A stretch of 64,000 nucleotides of DNA, taken from NCBI GenBank assembly GCA_035501175.1, contig DATJWQ010000012.1, positions 14,424 to 78,423 on the forward strand, in the 5' to 3' direction. The position numbers and the translations under genes were made by a program. The DNA comes from Verrucomicrobiia bacterium (lineage in GTDB: Bacteria; Verrucomicrobiota; Verrucomicrobiia; Palsa-1439). Shown here piece by piece: positions 10,050-19,184 of this stretch; position 1 is the stretch's first letter; every line of letters begins with the position of its first letter. The notes below the pieces were generated by a model. That model made no database searches. It saw only the letters and a program-made list of their open reading frames with translations, and was not told the DNA's origin.

Positions 10050-10127
10050 ACAATGCAACCTGCGGCGCACCCAACCAACCTGCCCGACATCCCTTTCTCA
10101 CCCCGAAACTGATAGACTGAGACGACC

Positions 10128-11525
10128 ATGAAACTGACCTTCTTTGGTGCCACGCGCACCGTGACTGGCTCGAAGTACCTACTGCAAGCGAATGGCAAGA
10201 ACATCCTCATCGAGTGCGGCATGTATCAGGGCCACGAAACACAATGGCTCGACCGCAACGTGCATCTGCCTTTTGACGGCTCGCACATCGATCTCATGCT
10301 TCTGAGCCACGCCCACATCGATCATACGGGCATCATTCCCGTGCTCGGGAAAAGCGGGTTTTGCGGAAAGATCCATTGCACTGATGCCACCGCTGATCTC
10401 TGCCGCGTGATGCTGATGGATAGCGCCCATATCCAGGAACAGGACGCCGCGTTCCTCAACAAGAAACGCGCGAAGAAAGGCCTGCCCTTTATCGACCCGC
10501 TCTACACCCAGGCGGATACAACCGCTGTGCTCGGACAATTCGCCCCCATCGGTTCATACGATCAACCAACCGCCGTCGCGGATGGCATCACGGCCACCTG
10601 GTTGGATGCCGGCCACATGCTGGGTTCCGCCATGATCGTCATCGACATCGAAGAGGACGGCCGCAAAGTGCGCCTTGCGTTCAGTGGCGACCTCGGGCGC
10701 GGCCATAACGATATCCTGCGCGATCCGGATCATCCCAAGGACGTCGATTATCTCCTCGTCGAGAGCACCTATGGTAATCGCGTCCACGAGTCCCTGGACG
10801 ACGTCAATGACCGCGTCTGCGCCATCGCCAAGCGCGCGCTGGAAAAACACGGCAAGATTATCATCCCCTCATTCGCCGTCGGACGCACCCAACAACTGCT
10901 CTATACGGCCTATCAGATCACCCAAAGCGGGTGTCTCCCACCGTTGCCGGTCTACGTCGACAGCCCGTTGTCCCTGCAAGCCACGGAGGTCTTCAAACAC
11001 CACTTCGAGGCGTTCAACAAGAAATTCCGCGACGTGATGATGAGCGACAAGAATCCGTTCAGTGTCTCCAATGTCCATTACGTCCAGAGCGTCGACGAAT
11101 CGAAAGCCCTCAACGATCTGACGAAACCTTGCATCATCATCAGCGCTTCGGGAATGGCCGACGCGGGACGCATCCGTCACCACATCAAGAACAACATTGA
11201 AGACGACCGCAACACCATCCTCATCGCCGGCTGGTGCGCACCCCACACGCTCGGCGCGCAACTCGCGTCCGGTCATAAAGAAGTAAACATCTTCGGCGAC
11301 ACGTACAAAGTGAAGGCCACGATCGAGACCATCGATGCATTCTCCGGTCATGCCGATAAAAATGAATTGCGCGCCTGGGTGGAGCAGGTCACCGGTTCTC
11401 TGCGCGGAATCTTCGTGATCCACGGGGAGGAACCGCAGGCCATGGCTCTCGCGGAAGCACTCCGTGACCTTCGTCCTCAAGCAAATGTCCGCGTTCCCAA
11501 CTTCGCTGAATCCGCGGAATTGTAG
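10128..11525 (+). CDS. MBL-fold beta-CASP metallo-hydrolase (RNA-metabolising, CPSF/RNase J-like)
   Basis: N-terminal MKLTFFGATRTVTGSKYLL, HxHxDH motif (LSHAHIDHTG), and C-terminal beta-CASP/RNA-specificity region. Confidence 0.75.
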   Translation: MKLTFFGATRTVTGSKYLLQANGKNILIECGMYQGHETQWLDRNVHLPFDGSHIDLMLLSHAHIDHTGIIPVLGKSGFCGKIHCTDATADLCRVMLMDSAHIQEQDAAFLNKKRAKKGLPFIDPLYTQADTTAVLGQFAPIGSYDQPTAVADGITATWLDAGHMLGSAMIVIDIEEDGRKVRLAFSGDLGRGHNDILRDPDHPKDVDYLLVESTYGNRVHESLDDVNDRVCAIAKRALEKHGKIIIPSFAVGRTQQLLYTAYQITQSGCLPPLPVYVDSPLSLQATEVFKHHFEAFNKKFRDVMMSDKNPFSVSNVHYVQSVDESKALNDLTKPCIIISASGMADAGRIRHHIKNNIEDDRNTILIAGWCAPHTLGAQLASGHKEVNIFGDTYKVKATIETIDAFSGHADKNELRAWVEQVTGSLRGIFVIHGEEPQAMALAEALRDLRPQANVRVPNFAESAEL

Positions 11526-11534
11526 GCGCGATCG

Positions 11535-11569
11535 GGGAAAAAGAAAGAGCCCCGCGATTTGCGGGGCTC
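11535..11569 (-). terminator. Rho-independent terminator downstream of the HU gene
   Basis: Perfect 9-bp stem GAGCCCCGC-gattt-GCGGGGCTC, followed on the minus strand by UUUCUUUUU. Confidence 0.7.
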
Positions 11570-11594
11570 TCTCGATCCTAAACTTGAGGTGGTG

Positions 11595-11870
11595 TTACAG
11601 ACTCTCTTTAAGACCCTGACCGGCGCTGAACCGCACTGTCTTGGACGCCTTGATCTGAATCGGCTCACCCGTCTTCGGGTTGCGTCCAGCGCGCGCGGAG
11701 CGCTTGCTCACGCGGAACGTGCCAAACCCAACGATTTGCACCGGCCCGCCTGATTGGCATCCGCGCTGGATCGAACGAAGCACGGCATCCAATGCGCGCT
11801 CTGCCGCCGCTTTGCTCACTTCTTTCCCCATTTCCTTTTGCACCACTTCAACTAACTGCGCTTTATTCAT
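11595..11870 (-). CDS. HU-family DNA-binding protein
   Basis: MNKAQLVEVV...GFGTFRVSKRSARAGRNPKTGEPIQIKASKTVRFSAG. Perfect SD AGGAGGATAC before the ATG at 11870. The ORF-track N-terminal extension was rejected. Confidence 0.85.
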   Translation of the reverse strand: MNKAQLVEVVQKEMGKEVSKAAAERALDAVLRSIQRGCQSGGPVQIVGFGTFRVSKRSARAGRNPKTGEPIQIKASKTVRFSAGQGLKESL

Positions 11871-12045
11871 GTATCCTCCTAGGTTGCACGAAATGTCCTT
11901 CGCGGCTATCCGCTGCCCGTCTCGGTTTTTTCTGCCATAGACAAGCGTTACCGTCAATCAAATTCGGACACCGGTAGCATACTGGGGTACCGCAAACACA
12001 AACCCGTTTGCGCGAAAACGAGCACGGCTTGCACCCGCTACTCCT

Positions 12046-14268
12046 TCATCGTACCGGTTGAAATTCGGGCACTCCCATCTGCCACAACAGAAACGTCCAT
12101 TCATCTGCCGTCTGCTTCTCGATTTGTCGCCTCATCGTCCCGATGCCATGCCCCGCCTCATAATCCACTCGCAACAACACGGGTTTCCCGCTGGCCGTGG
12201 CTGCCTGCAATCGCGCCGCCATCTTCAGCAGCTCCCACGGCTCCACTCGCGGGTCGTTGATGCCTGTCACCAACATCATTGCGGGATAGTGCGTTCCGTC
12301 CGTCACATGGTGATACGGACTCATCTCATACAAGGCGCGAAAGCCATCTTCGGTCTTCACCGTCCCAAATTCCGGGATGTTCGGCACACCATTGGCCGTG
12401 AATTCCTGCCGCAACATGTCCGAACACCCGACCTCCGAGATCGCCGCCGCAAACAAATCGGGACGCTCGGTGATCGCCCGGCCAATCAGAATCCCGCCCG
12501 CGCTCCGACCGATTCCGGTCAGTCGACCTGGCGACGTGTACCGGCGATCAATCAGGTATTGTGCGCAAGCGATGAAATCCTTCCACGTGTTCGGTTTCGT
12601 CTGCTTGCAGCCTGCTCGGTACCAATCGTCTCCCCGCTCGCCACCGCCGCGGACGTGGGCAATCGCATAGACGCACCCCGTTTCATACCAGCCCAGCATG
12701 CGTGGGTCGAATTGCGGAGTGAGGGAAATCCCATACGCACCGTAGCCAAGCAGCAGTGTTGGGTTCATCCCGTCGAACGCGATCCCGCGTTTGTGGATGA
12801 TAGAGAGCGGAACCATCGCTCCATCGGAAGCGGGGACTTCGACCTCTTCCGATTCCAGATCGCCGGGCGCATCGAATGAACCCAGCGGCTGCAATCCCGT
12901 ATTCGAAAGCTTCCTCGTGCGTGGATCGAACGCATGGATCTGTGTCGCGCTCGTCCACGTCGTGACCCCAAGCAAGATGCCATCGCACAGTATGTTGGCC
13001 GCAGAGAACTGCACGGACCCCTTCAGGGGCAATGACACTTCCTCTGCCTTTCCCCGATAGGGAACCCGCCACAGACGGCTCACCGCGCCGTCCAGCTCGC
13101 GCACGTAGAGTGCATCCTTCGTGCTGGTTGTGGCGGTAGCAACTGCTTCACCTTCGGGGATTACGACTTTTGCCCGGGCAAGGTCAGGCTTCGTCACGCT
13201 GGTCGCGATGACCTTGTATCGAGGTGCATCCTTATGCGTCATGAGGAATACCTGATTACCACGCGTTGAAAACTGCGTAACATCATCATCAACGTCAAAA
13301 ACCCTTCGCCACGCGGTGTTCGGTTTGCCCACCGTTGTCAGCGGCGCGACGTACAGAGTTTCCTCGTCCCTAGTCCCATGCTCGATCACCCCAAACGCAC
13401 AAGGCGAATCCGGCGACGTCCGGACAAATGGTATATCCACGCGATCCATTTGGACCAGCGGCGACAGCCCGGACCCAAACACGGGTCGTTCCGTGTCGGC
13501 GTCCGCGCCGATGGTGTGGAGATACACGCAACTTCCCTGCTCCCGCTCCGTTGCTGGCATACCCGGCAAAAGCTTCTGAAGCCGATTGTAGAAGAATGAT
13601 CTCCCATCCGGTCGCCAAGAGATCCCGCCAAATCGTGCGCGATCGATCGGTTTGTCGACCTCCCTGCCTGTCGCCGCGTCGATCACGCGAATGACGGTAT
13701 CCTCCGAACCGGCTGCGGCGATTCCGCATGCCACATATCGACCATTCCAGGACGGCTCGTAATAATTGATCGCCTGAGGTTTGCCGGTCGTCTTGGCAAG
13801 CGCTTCAGGGTCGACCAGCAATGCCTCTTTCCCGCTCAAACCGTCACGCCGATACAGTTTCGGTGTGTTATCCGCTGGCAACTGCTTCAGGTAGAAATAT
13901 CGCTCGTGGGGCAGCCGCCGAATGCCGCTGACCCTCGCGGGGACTGCCCCATCCAGTGTCTGGATTCGTTTCAGCAGCTCCATCCGCGCGGGAATGCGAT
14001 CCAGTTGTGCGCTGGTAAACTCGCTCTGCGCTTTTATCCAGGCCGCGACCGCCGGGTCGGACAAGTTCTCCATGTAACGATACGGATCAGCCACCGTCAC
14101 CCCAAAGTAAGTGTCTGTGACATTCGTTACGGGCGCGACAGGCAGCGTTTGACCGAGCGCGGAAACGCACGCCGCCACTCCAAGACACACCCCGAGGGCG
14201 AAAAAGACCTTACGGAAATAACTCATGCAGGGGAGACTACGGTCACCGGGCCAAAGGCTCAAGCCCAA
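12046..14268 (-). CDS. Prolyl oligopeptidase (S9A family), secreted
   Basis: C-terminal peptidase domain with GRSAGGILIG (GxSxGG nucleophile) and N-terminal beta-propeller-length region. Signal peptide starts at the internal MSYFRKVFFALG (about 14226). Confidence 0.75.
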   Translation of the reverse strand: MGLSLWPGDRSLPCMSYFRKVFFALGVCLGVAACVSALGQTLPVAPVTNVTDTYFGVTVADPYRYMENLSDPAVAAWIKAQSEFTSAQLDRIPARMELLKRIQTLDGAVPARVSGIRRLPHERYFYLKQLPADNTPKLYRRDGLSGKEALLVDPEALAKTTGKPQAINYYEPSWNGRYVACGIAAAGSEDTVIRVIDAATGREVDKPIDRARFGGISWRPDGRSFFYNRLQKLLPGMPATEREQGSCVYLHTIGADADTERPVFGSGLSPLVQMDRVDIPFVRTSPDSPCAFGVIEHGTRDEETLYVAPLTTVGKPNTAWRRVFDVDDDVTQFSTRGNQVFLMTHKDAPRYKVIATSVTKPDLARAKVVIPEGEAVATATTSTKDALYVRELDGAVSRLWRVPYRGKAEEVSLPLKGSVQFSAANILCDGILLGVTTWTSATQIHAFDPRTRKLSNTGLQPLGSFDAPGDLESEEVEVPASDGAMVPLSIIHKRGIAFDGMNPTLLLGYGAYGISLTPQFDPRMLGWYETGCVYAIAHVRGGGERGDDWYRAGCKQTKPNTWKDFIACAQYLIDRRYTSPGRLTGIGRSAGGILIGRAITERPDLFAAAISEVGCSDMLRQEFTANGVPNIPEFGTVKTEDGFRALYEMSPYHHVTDGTHYPAMMLVTGINDPRVEPWELLKMAARLQAATASGKPVLLRVDYEAGHGIGTMRRQIEKQTADEWTFLLWQMGVPEFQPVR

Positions 14269-14296
14269 CTGAAGGGATCACCGTGCAGGAGCGCGA

Positions 14297-14638
14297 TCAC
14301 TCATCCCATTGCAGCGCGGCCACGACGGCCCACGCAATGGAAATGACCACCACCGTCATTGTCATCCACGGCACCAACACCTGGAAACTCAATGACAATA
14401 AGGCAGAGGAATCAAGCGACAGCAAACTCCCCCACGGCAGCCACTGCACGGCCAGGATCGACCCGATTGCCGCAGCCCCCAGCAGCACGATCTGGCGCAG
14501 CCAGCTCCGACGACGGCGCGGCAAGGCGGCCACAACCCGAGCCGTAAACCCGTCATCGTTCACGTACTGGTTCTGCTCTCGCAGAAGTTTCTCCACTGCA
14601 TCCCCTGTTTCAGGCTGGTTCATAATCATGATACCCAA
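14297..14638 (-). CDS. Putative anti-sigma factor (membrane protein) downstream of the ECF sigma
   Basis: Small protein with TM helices, overlapping the 3' end of the ECF sigma gene. Confidence 0.45.
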   Translation of the reverse strand: MGIMIMNQPETGDAVEKLLREQNQYVNDDGFTARVVAALPRRRRSWLRQIVLLGAAAIGSILAVQWLPWGSLLSLDSSALLSLSFQVLVPWMTMTVVVISIAWAVVAALQWDE

Positions 14639-15155
14639 GCAACCATCGCTTCAACTTCTCTTTGCCGCGTGCCACATTCGTCTTCACCGTGCCGAGTGGG
14701 CAATCCATCGCTTGTGCCGCCTCTTCATGCGTCAGTCCGTTTTGGCAGCACAGCACGACTGCCGCCCGCTCCCCAGAATGTAACCGTTTCATCGCTTCCG
14801 TCAAATCCAGATGCAACTGGCTCCGCGTGTCGGCGGCAGATTGGTTCTCTTCTGACGCGACCTCATCGATCTCTTCCAGTGCCAACTCCTTCCTCTGCCG
14901 GGCCACATTGCGAAACTCGTTGACGGCGATCCCAAACAACCAAGTCGAGAATTTCGAGCCCCCACGATACGTATGCAGTTTTTTCCATGCCTTCACGAAC
15001 GTTTCCTGCGCCAGGTCGTCCGCCAAATGCGCATCCCCACGCGTCATTCGCGCCAGAAACGCCCGTACCGGGGATTGGTACCGCCGCACCAGTTCCGCGA
15101 AGGCATTCTGGTCGTCCTGCGTCAACACCCGGGCAATGAGATCGGCATCCGTCAC
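14610..15155 (-). CDS. ECF (sigma-70 family, group IV) RNA polymerase sigma factor
   Basis: Region 2 ETFVKAWKKLHTYRGGSKFSTWLFGIAVNEFRN and region 4 HEEAAQAMDCPLGTVKTNVARGKEKLKRWL. Confidence 0.8.
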   Translation of the reverse strand: MTDADLIARVLTQDDQNAFAELVRRYQSPVRAFLARMTRGDAHLADDLAQETFVKAWKKLHTYRGGSKFSTWLFGIAVNEFRNVARQRKELALEEIDEVASEENQSAADTRSQLHLDLTEAMKRLHSGERAAVVLCCQNGLTHEEAAQAMDCPLGTVKTNVARGKEKLKRWLLGYHDYEPA

Positions 15156-15164
15156 GGCCAGGCG

Positions 15165-15896
15165 TTAGCGCTGTGGCGGTTGCGTGTTGTTGACGTCTTT
15201 CCGTTCCACGGCCCAGACCATGAGAAATGCCAGGCCAATGAACAAGACAATCCACCCACCTTTGCGATCTCCCCCGGTGCCGGACAACAATAGCGCGGTG
15301 CCAATTCCCGCCATCACCAACCCCGGCAATAGACGACCACCGGGTCCTCCCCATGCTCTGTTGCTGAGGCTTTTGCTCCGAACCTCCGCGACCAATTCCG
15401 GGGTGATGGGCATCCCCTTGTCGATCATCGCCCGCAACGTCTCATGCGCCAGCCTGGTGCGGCGATGCCCGAAATACCCGGCTAGGGCGACGATGGTCAC
15501 GACCATGACGAAGGGGCTCAGGACTGAGACGATTCCCAATACATTCCACATGCCCTCCCGATGTCGCAGGTACGATGGCACCTGAACGTCCACAGGATTC
15601 GCCCCGCCGATATGAATGCCGGTATCGTCGATCCGCACCTCGGGATTTCTGCCGCCTGACCGGCTCTTCACGGTCAGGTTGGTCTGCGCCGCGTGAACAT
15701 TGGTCTCCACCACCGGCGCGGATGCCGTCACGGCGTTATTGCTCGGAACGTCCTCCGCATACACCGTGACCGCCGCCCGAGATTGTGGCGCCAACATGAC
15801 CGCCGCCACTATCAGGGTTCCGCCAACGAATCTGGCAAATCGCATTGTCTTCTTCATATTCATACGCTCCTCCGCTTGTTGTCCAGTGTGACGCAT
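15165..15896 (-). CDS. Hypothetical membrane protein, first gene of the ECF sigma operon
   Basis: N-terminal signal/TM segment and C-terminal TM helices, 9 nt upstream of the sigma gene on the same strand. Confidence 0.45.
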   Translation of the reverse strand: MRHTGQQAEERMNMKKTMRFARFVGGTLIVAAVMLAPQSRAAVTVYAEDVPSNNAVTASAPVVETNVHAAQTNLTVKSRSGGRNPEVRIDDTGIHIGGANPVDVQVPSYLRHREGMWNVLGIVSVLSPFVMVVTIVALAGYFGHRRTRLAHETLRAMIDKGMPITPELVAEVRSKSLSNRAWGGPGGRLLPGLVMAGIGTALLLSGTGGDRKGGWIVLFIGLAFLMVWAVERKDVNNTQPPQR

Positions 15897-15997
15897 CGGG
15901 GAGCGATTTTGGATTCAGAAATCGCCATTCGTCTAATTTCCTCATACACAAGCGGATGAGCTGATTCTCACACCGATCCGCATTCAGGCCATTTCAG

Positions 15998-16026
15998 TTG
16001 ACCTTGACAAAATCAACCCTTACAAT
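15998..16026 (+). promoter_or_regulatory. Sigma70-like promoter (-35 TTGACC, 17 nt, -10 TACAAT) upstream of the nuclease gene
   Basis: TTGACC at 15998-16003 and TACAAT at 16021-16026, about 55 nt upstream of the start codon at 16080. Confidence 0.35.
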
Positions 16027-16079
16027 CCCGGGCGGAAAGGCGGTCTCCGCGTAGCAGATCGACAACGCGGTAGCTCGAT

Positions 16080-17495
16080 ATGACCAGAATCACCCGTTTC
16101 CTGGCTTGTTTGTTAATCGGCCTGTCTCTTTCACGTAGCGCATTTGGTTGGGGACAGGAAGGTCACATGGTCGTCGCGGAAATCGCCTACAATCACCTCC
16201 GCCCGGATGTTAAAGCCGATTGCGACGCTCTCATTGCGGTAAACTTGGGCACGTATTCGAGCAGCGCAACCAGCAATTTCATCATGGCCGCGTCTTGGGC
16301 CGACGATTTCAAAAGCCAACTCGGCACCGGCACTTCCCACTACATCGATCTGCCTCTCTGTATCAATGGCTTGGCGGCGTCGAATATTGGGACTTGCACC
16401 GGGACTTGTAACGATGGCGTGTGCACCAACAACGCTCCCCCCGGCGTACCCAACGTCGTGACGGCCATCAATCAGTACACCGCCACTCTACTTAATCAAA
16501 ACGCGGCGCTCACCGACCGCGCTATCGCGTTGCGCTACGTTCTCCACTATGTCGGCGATATTGAGCAGCCGCTCCATGCATCCAACGGCATTTCCACAAA
16601 CCACCCGCCCCCTGGTGGGGATGCCGGCGGCAACGATTTCACCATCCACGGCACGTGGAGTGAACTCCACGCCCTCTGGGATGCCGGCGGCGGATATCTG
16701 AATGACTCGGGGGTTTCGCGCCCGATGTCTGCCTCTGGCTACACCATCATCAGCAACAAATCAGCCGATGTCGAATCCACTTATCCGTACACTCCAAGTG
16801 TCGGTGCCATCCCAGATCCGATTACTTGGGCCACGGATAGTTACTACTATGCCGAGACCGTCGCTTATGCCAACATCACCGAGGGTGGCACACCCTCCAC
16901 AAGCTATCTGAATAGCGCAAGCGCCACCTCCAAACAGCGCATGGCCGCGGGCGGCAAACGCCTCGCCGATCTGCTCATGACGATCTTTGCCACCAATGCC
17001 GCGAGCTTCACTGCCAGCCCGACCAATGGCGCCGCCCCGCTCAACATAACCTTCACCGATGCATCCACCGGCAGCATCACCAACTGGTTCTGGAATTTTG
17101 GCGACGGCAGCACGACCAACCTCACCGCCTCTACCAATCCGTCGCACACCTACGCCGCCGGCACCTACACCGTGACTTTGATCGTCAGCGGGTATCCTGG
17201 CTCCAGCACCAACACCAGCTCAATCATCGCGGGAACATCTGCGCCACCGTCGCCCCCGGTGATCACGTCCATTACCGCACAAGATACCGACATCCGGATC
17301 ACATGGTTGACCACCGGCGGCACCACCAACGCCGTGCAAGCCACCGTCGGCACTCCCGACTACAACACAAACTTCCTCGATATCACTTCTCCGCTTCTCA
17401 TCCCCGGCAACGGCAACACCAGCACCAATTACACCGATCCCGGCGCCACTACCAACTCCTCCGCAAAGTACTACCGCATCCGGCTGGTGCGGTAG
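16080..17495 (+). CDS. Secreted S1/P1-family nuclease fused to a PKD domain and a C-terminal ~75-aa module ending AKYYRIRLVR
   Basis: Signal peptide, then WGQEGHMVVAEIAY (S1/P1 nuclease N-terminus). PKD motif FTASPTNGAAPLNITFTDASTGSITNWFWNFGDG. The C-terminal module is homologous to that of the ORF at 1-1697. Confidence 0.7.
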   Translation: MTRITRFLACLLIGLSLSRSAFGWGQEGHMVVAEIAYNHLRPDVKADCDALIAVNLGTYSSSATSNFIMAASWADDFKSQLGTGTSHYIDLPLCINGLAASNIGTCTGTCNDGVCTNNAPPGVPNVVTAINQYTATLLNQNAALTDRAIALRYVLHYVGDIEQPLHASNGISTNHPPPGGDAGGNDFTIHGTWSELHALWDAGGGYLNDSGVSRPMSASGYTIISNKSADVESTYPYTPSVGAIPDPITWATDSYYYAETVAYANITEGGTPSTSYLNSASATSKQRMAAGGKRLADLLMTIFATNAASFTASPTNGAAPLNITFTDASTGSITNWFWNFGDGSTTNLTASTNPSHTYAAGTYTVTLIVSGYPGSSTNTSSIIAGTSAPPSPPVITSITAQDTDIRITWLTTGGTTNAVQATVGTPDYNTNFLDITSPLLIPGNGNTSTNYTDPGATTNSSAKYYRIRLVR

Positions 17496-17608
17496 CGCCG
17501 CCAAGACGACGCCTACTTTTCTCTCCCTCACAGGCAGAGGATTAAGGTGAAGGCAACAAAAGCCGCAAGCCCGCGCGGTTGGCGTCAGATTCAAATCCCT
17601 GGGGCACC

Positions 17609-19129
17609 TCAAACCCACAACTGTCGATCCAATGTCCGGTACTGAATCGCTTCCGAAATGTGCTGGGACTGAATCGACTCCGCGCCCTCCAGATCCGCAA
17701 TCGTGCGTGACACTTTCAAGATGCGGTCGTAGGCGCGGGCGCTGAGATTCAGTTCCGTCATCGCCATCTTCAGCAACTGCTGACATTCCTCATCCAGCTT
17801 GCAGTATTCCTTGATCTCTTTCGGCGCCATCCGCGCATTGGTTTTCTCGAACCGCTTCCGCTGCACTGCCCGCGCCGATTCGACCCGCGCGCGAATCTTC
17901 TCGGACGGTTCGCCCGTTGCTTCGCCGGCCATCTCCTTGTATTTCACCGACGGGACCTCGACGTGGATGTCGATTCGGTCGAGTAATGGACCGGAGATTT
18001 TGTTCCGGTATTTTGTGATCATGTTTGGTGAACATCGGCATTCCCGCTTGGGATCGCCATAGAACCCGCAGGGACACGGATTCATTGCGGCCACGAGCAT
18101 GAAGTTCGCCGGGAACGTCATCGTGCCGGTCGCCCGCGAAATCACGACACGTCCTTCCTCCAATGGTTCGCGCAGAGCTTCGAGCACGTCCCGATGAAAT
18201 TCTGGCAGTTCATCCAGAAACAGCACGCCGTGATGCGCGAGGCTGATCTCACCCGGTGTCAGGTTCGCTGTGCCGCCGAGCAGCCCGGCGTTGCTTGTCG
18301 TGTGATGCGGCGCGCGGAATGGCCGCGTCGCCACCAGCGCCTGCCCCTTTGGCAACAACCCGAGAATGCTATGGATCTTCGTTGTCTCCAAAGCCTCGTC
18401 GAGTGTCGTTTGCGGGATGATCGTCGGCACACGCCGCGCAAGCAATGTCTTGCCGCTCCCCGGCGGTCCGATCATCAGAATATTGTGCCCGCCTGCCGCC
18501 GCAACTTCCAGCGCCCGTTTGACGTGCTCCTGGCCCTTGACGTCCACGAAATCTACGTCGTAATTGCGCTGCTGCTGGAAAATTTGCGACGGATCTTCAC
18601 GCAACGGCTGCAATTCGCGTTTACCCGCAACAAACTCCGCCACCTCCCGCAGGTTTTTCGCTGGATACACGTCGATCCCCTGCACCACCGCGGCCTCAGG
18701 CGCGTTGTCCCACGGCACAATCAGTCCGCGCTTCTTCTGGTCGCGCGCGCAAATCGCAATCGGTAGCACGCCATTGATGCTGCGTACCTCGCCGCTGAGC
18801 GCGAGTTCGCCGACAATGGAGAATTCGTTGAGGTTCGGCGCCACAATCTGTTCGTTCACCGCCAAAATCCCGATGGCAATCGGCAAATCGAAGCTCGGTC
18901 CTTCCTTCTTGACGTCGGCCGGTGCCAAATTGATCGTTGTCCGTCCCAACACGTATTTGAAGCCGCTGTTCTCGATGGCCGTCTTGACCCGGTCCCGTGA
19001 CTCCTTCACCGCCGCGTCGGGTAATCCAACAATAATAACTGCAGGCTGTCCCCAGCCCGAATTAACTTCTATCTCAATGGGATAAGAATCGATGCCCAGT
19101 ACTGCCGCAGAGTGGACTTTGGCAAGCAT
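17609..19129 (-). CDS. YifB/ComM-family Mg-chelatase-like AAA+ ATPase
   Basis: [23 protein letters not shown]-terminus, Walker A GPPGSGKT, and length typical of YifB. Confidence 0.8.
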   Translation of the reverse strand: MLAKVHSAAVLGIDSYPIEIEVNSGWGQPAVIIVGLPDAAVKESRDRVKTAIENSGFKYVLGRTTINLAPADVKKEGPSFDLPIAIGILAVNEQIVAPNLNEFSIVGELALSGEVRSINGVLPIAICARDQKKRGLIVPWDNAPEAAVVQGIDVYPAKNLREVAEFVAGKRELQPLREDPSQIFQQQRNYDVDFVDVKGQEHVKRALEVAAAGGHNILMIGPPGSGKTLLARRVPTIIPQTTLDEALETTKIHSILGLLPKGQALVATRPFRAPHHTTSNAGLLGGTANLTPGEISLAHHGVLFLDELPEFHRDVLEALREPLEEGRVVISRATGTMTFPANFMLVAAMNPCPCGFYGDPKRECRCSPNMITKYRNKISGPLLDRIDIHVEVPSVKYKEMAGEATGEPSEKIRARVESARAVQRKRFEKTNARMAPKEIKEYCKLDEECQQLLKMAMTELNLSARAYDRILKVSRTIADLEGAESIQSQHISEAIQYRTLDRQLWV

Positions 19130-19184
19130 CCCACCTTTCTAACTTAGAACCTGCGTCAAGTCGAATCCGTTTTGTCGGACTCCC

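Noticed and set aside
11521-11580. Hairpin considered as a terminator for the plus-strand MBL gene
   Set aside because: On the plus strand the stem is preceded, not followed, by the A/T tract. It functions as a terminator for the minus-strand HU gene and at most as a bidirectional hairpin.
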